From NCBI GenBank assembly GCA_020536535.1, contig JAHLWZ010000843.1, positions 16,792 to 80,791 on the forward strand: a stretch of 64,000 bases of DNA, given 5' to 3'. Source of the DNA: Pelomyxa schiedti (Eukaryota; Protista; Evosea). The position numbers were made by a program, and so were the translations under genes. Under the pieces are notes generated by a model. It was not told where the DNA came from and searched no databases. It worked only from the letters and a program-made list of their open reading frames with translations. Within the stretch, counting starts at the first letter, position 1. Each line of letters begins with the position of its first letter. Below are positions 61,001-64,000 of this stretch, in pieces.

Positions 61001-62994
61001 AATATGAATCATGTCTCATTTAATACAGGGCCAAGGGATTAGTCCCACAATTGGGCGTTTTTGGTGCATTGTCCTGCGTACCAAAGATTTCCATGACATT
61101 AGATTCTGCTATAGGAAAACCACTCCTTCAGTTTCTCCCTCAAGCACCGGAAAAAGCGAAATTGCAGCCCCTGACGAAATACTTGAGGGGTTAGTTTTCC
61201 ACAACTGCTTCGATTTACTTTTTGCACTTAATCCCGGTATCTAACTACACTGATGGATATTTGCCTCAACTCTTTAGATTATGTTTCTTCAATGGATCGC
61301 AGAGTGCTACAGGCTGGATGGTCTATCTATAATCCAATATTGGAATACAGAAGGATTGGTGTTCCTAATGAACAAGTTGGTCATCACATCATCCTTCTCC
61401 GATGTAAATTTTTTCCAGTGGCGGTTGACGGAATTAAATTGCGACTATACCTATTGCAAATCTTATCCAGGCATTTTGTGTGTCCCGACATCGATGACAG
61501 ATGTTGAAATCCAAAGCGTTTTTGCTTTTAGAAGCAAAGGAAGAATACCTGGTACAGAACCCCTTCCATCAGGGGTTTATTATGAAATTTAAACCTCCTT
61601 TAGCACTTATCTGGCAGCACGCTCAGAATCACAGTGCTATCCTGAGGTGCGGGCAGCCTGGGGGTATGCAGTTTCTGTACCATCACAAAACTAACACCCA
61701 TTAGTTGGAATTACAGGAGCACGCTGCTTTGAAGATGAAAAATATGTTGCTGCAATTGGCCTAGCGAACACTTCATCCAAAACTGGTAGTTAAACATTTC
61801 CTACAAACCCCTTTTTATTGAAGAGACAGTGTACATCATTGATGCTCGACCACGGTTAAATGCACGGGCCAACCAATTAAAGGGAATGGGATACGAGTAA
61901 GTCACCAGCTTATTTACCAGACTCCAAACTGCCAACAGACTTGAAAAATACTATGAAAATTGTGCTGTCAGGTTTGCCGGCATTGAAAACATTCACAAAA
62001 TGAGAGAATCTGAATCGAAACTACGCAACCTCTGTCTAAATGAAACTCATGAAGTAATTGCCAAGCGTCTTGAGTCAACCAAGTGGCTACGTACACACCT
62101 CTTTTATTTTTAGTTTGCTATTTTGTGTTCTATCCCAGTGTTCAATATTTTGCCACATCACACTCTTCTAACTTCAGCTGCAGAGCACCTTGGAGCAATC
62201 CTATCTGGAGCTTTTGAGATTGTACAATGTGTTGAAAATGGATACTCTGTCCTGGTTCATTGTAGTGATGGCTGGGACAGAACCAGTACTTTCCTTTTTT
62301 CTATTTTAGCTGTTTGTTCTTTATCCTTTCCCAAGGTCAACTAACCAGTCTTGCGCTTCTGATTTGTGATCCCTTCTACCGCACTCTTCAGGGATTTGAA
62401 ATCCTTATTGAGAAGGAATGGATAAGCTTTGGACACATGTTTTGTTCAAGAACAGGGCATATTCCCACAACTCAAAAGCAACCAGAGAAGTCACCTGTCT
62501 TTGCGCAATTCATTGACTGTGTGTGGCAGTTGATGCACCATTTGAAGGTTACCTTTCCCAACAAACACCGCTTTCCTAAATTCCTTTTTTTCCCAACCAA
62601 CACAGAATTCCTTTGAGTTCAACCAAAACTTCTTGGCCGCAGTAAGTTCTCCAGTTCAACCAAAACTCCATCCTCCCTTACAATTCCAACTCAGATTCTG
62701 TTCCACCTCTACTCCTGCCAATACGGCACATTCCTCTTTGATTCCGAGCTCGATAGGCTGAGCCACAGAGCCACACAAACCACACAACCACTCTGGGCAG
62801 TTCTCAATTCCTCTCGGAACCTCTATGTGAATCCGGACTTCAAGCCGGAGCTGACTTGTTCCTTTGCCAACATGAAGGGATTCTCCCTTTCACTGTGGGA
62901 CTCCTTCTACCTCAGATGGAAGAACTTCCATGAAGGGGGACAGCGTTCCTTCTCAGTCATACTGAAAGAAGTTCCGCACTGGTTCCAGGTGTGA
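58072..62994 (+). CDS. Myotubularin-family phosphoinositide 3-phosphatase with N-terminal PX, PH, SH3 and GRAM domains
   Basis: Intact active site [12 protein letters not shown]; [68 protein letters not shown]; SH3 [27 protein letters not shown]; [16 protein letters not shown]; [20 protein letters not shown]. Confidence 0.9.
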
Positions 62995-63061
62995 GGAGAG
63001 AATACTACGCAAAAGATGCTTTTTTGTTTTTTTGTTTAAGAAATAAATTGTTGGAGTATGC

Positions 63062-63790
63062 CTAGTCGGTGTGGCTTATGTCTTTGTGGCACTTGGAAGC
63101 ACAGCAAGGCTTGCCACACACAACGCGACAAATTGCGGCGGCAGCAGCGGCTTGTCCTTTGGACAATATTAGGAGCGCAATGAGGGGCTGAAAATTACCG
63201 AAGAAGCCAATGATGGAACCAAGATACCAAGCAGCAGCTAGGTCCATGGAAACCTTGAGCCACGTTGTCATCATGAAGCCTGTATGTTTGTGAGGGGCGA
63301 TTGCCGAATTGGAAGTAACAAAACAGTAAAAACCCTACCTGGGAACGTAGCCAATGCAAAGGCGAACGTGAGTTTCCCAGGGCAAGGAGTAACTACATGT
63401 CTGCCGATCATTACGAGCATGGCAATGAAGCTGGGAATAGGTCAACCTTGCAACATGGAAAGAGGCACCCTTACAATGGATGAACGAAACCATAGTAATA
63501 AACGGGATTCTCCATCGGTTGGAACATGCCGCTGGTCTCATAAAAAGTAAGATGGTGAGGGAATAGCGTCATTTGCGCCTTTTGAATTCCAAAGGAAAGT
63601 GCAAAACTACACGAGTTGATATAAGCCCGTAGCAATAGGTTTTATTAAAAAAAAAAAAAGGAGATCCATACCCCACAGCACTTACGACAAGCCATACGAG
63701 GAAACCCTTAACCGGACAGCAGTTCTTCTTTCCCTCGTGTCGCTCTTCCGGCTTCGACCCGCAGCACGAAGTAACCTTGCAACACGACAT
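63062..63790 (-). CDS. Small hypothetical membrane protein with Cys-rich termini
   Basis: MSCCKVTSCCG..KNCCPVKGFLVWLVVSAVG and a hydrophobic C-terminal exon ending CGKPCCASKCHKDISHTD*. Confidence 0.5.
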
Positions 63791-64000
63791 TTGTGGTTGG
63801 CAAAAAAAATATGAGAAATGAATTTTGCAAGTAGCCCAGATGGAAGCCAAGAGATGAGATGGGATCTCAGAGGTTCTGTCCAGGTGTTGTCTTCCTGAGG
63901 GAGGCTCTTGGTACGCAGTGAGGCACGAACCTGGGGGCTCCCTGCGGTCCCACGGGGGGCGAAGTCGCAGTGGGCGTGGTGGCGCTAGGGTTGGGGCTGG

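Noticed and set aside
1-64000. CRISPR arrays, tRNA/rRNA genes, transposons, alternative genetic code
   Set aside because: No spaced direct repeats, cloverleafs, transposase/RT motifs or terminal repeats seen; in-frame stops fall in GT-AG introns and TAA, TAG and TGA all end genes

Overview
Eukaryotic genomic DNA, very gene-dense (about 22 protein-coding genes, spacers often 70-300 nt) and riddled with short GT-AG introns (about 20-75 nt), so the ORF track shows only exon fragments. Gene content (DH-PH-FYVE, FERM, SH2, myotubularin, Arf) and architecture suggest an amoebozoan; an archamoeba such as Pelomyxa is my unverified guess. Recognisable genes: OTU deubiquitinase, NCS-1-like EF-hand protein, FGD-like RhoGEF, metallophosphoesterase, TTC14-like, HEATR6-like, FERM protein, EDEM (GH47+PA), XRN2, an LRR protein and a myotubularin. 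The best leads are: (1) a four-domain RNA end-healing/sealing protein (Rnl1-type ligase, uncharacterised nucleotidyltransferase-like domain, HAD phosphatase, 2H phosphodiesterase) with no kinase; (2) an unannotated ~315-nt structured RNA on the minus strand at 55168-55482 with a T9 terminator and RNase P/MRP-like layout; (3) unusual fusions: B-box/coiled-coil plus dead eIF4A-like helicase, RCC1/F-box/Arf(Q-to-E), VIT-vWA-TPR-DUF2135 with inserted Ubl and pseudo-E2, and a lectin-like beta-propeller plus RING (missed by the ORF track). All gene models were spliced by eye, so boundaries are approximate.
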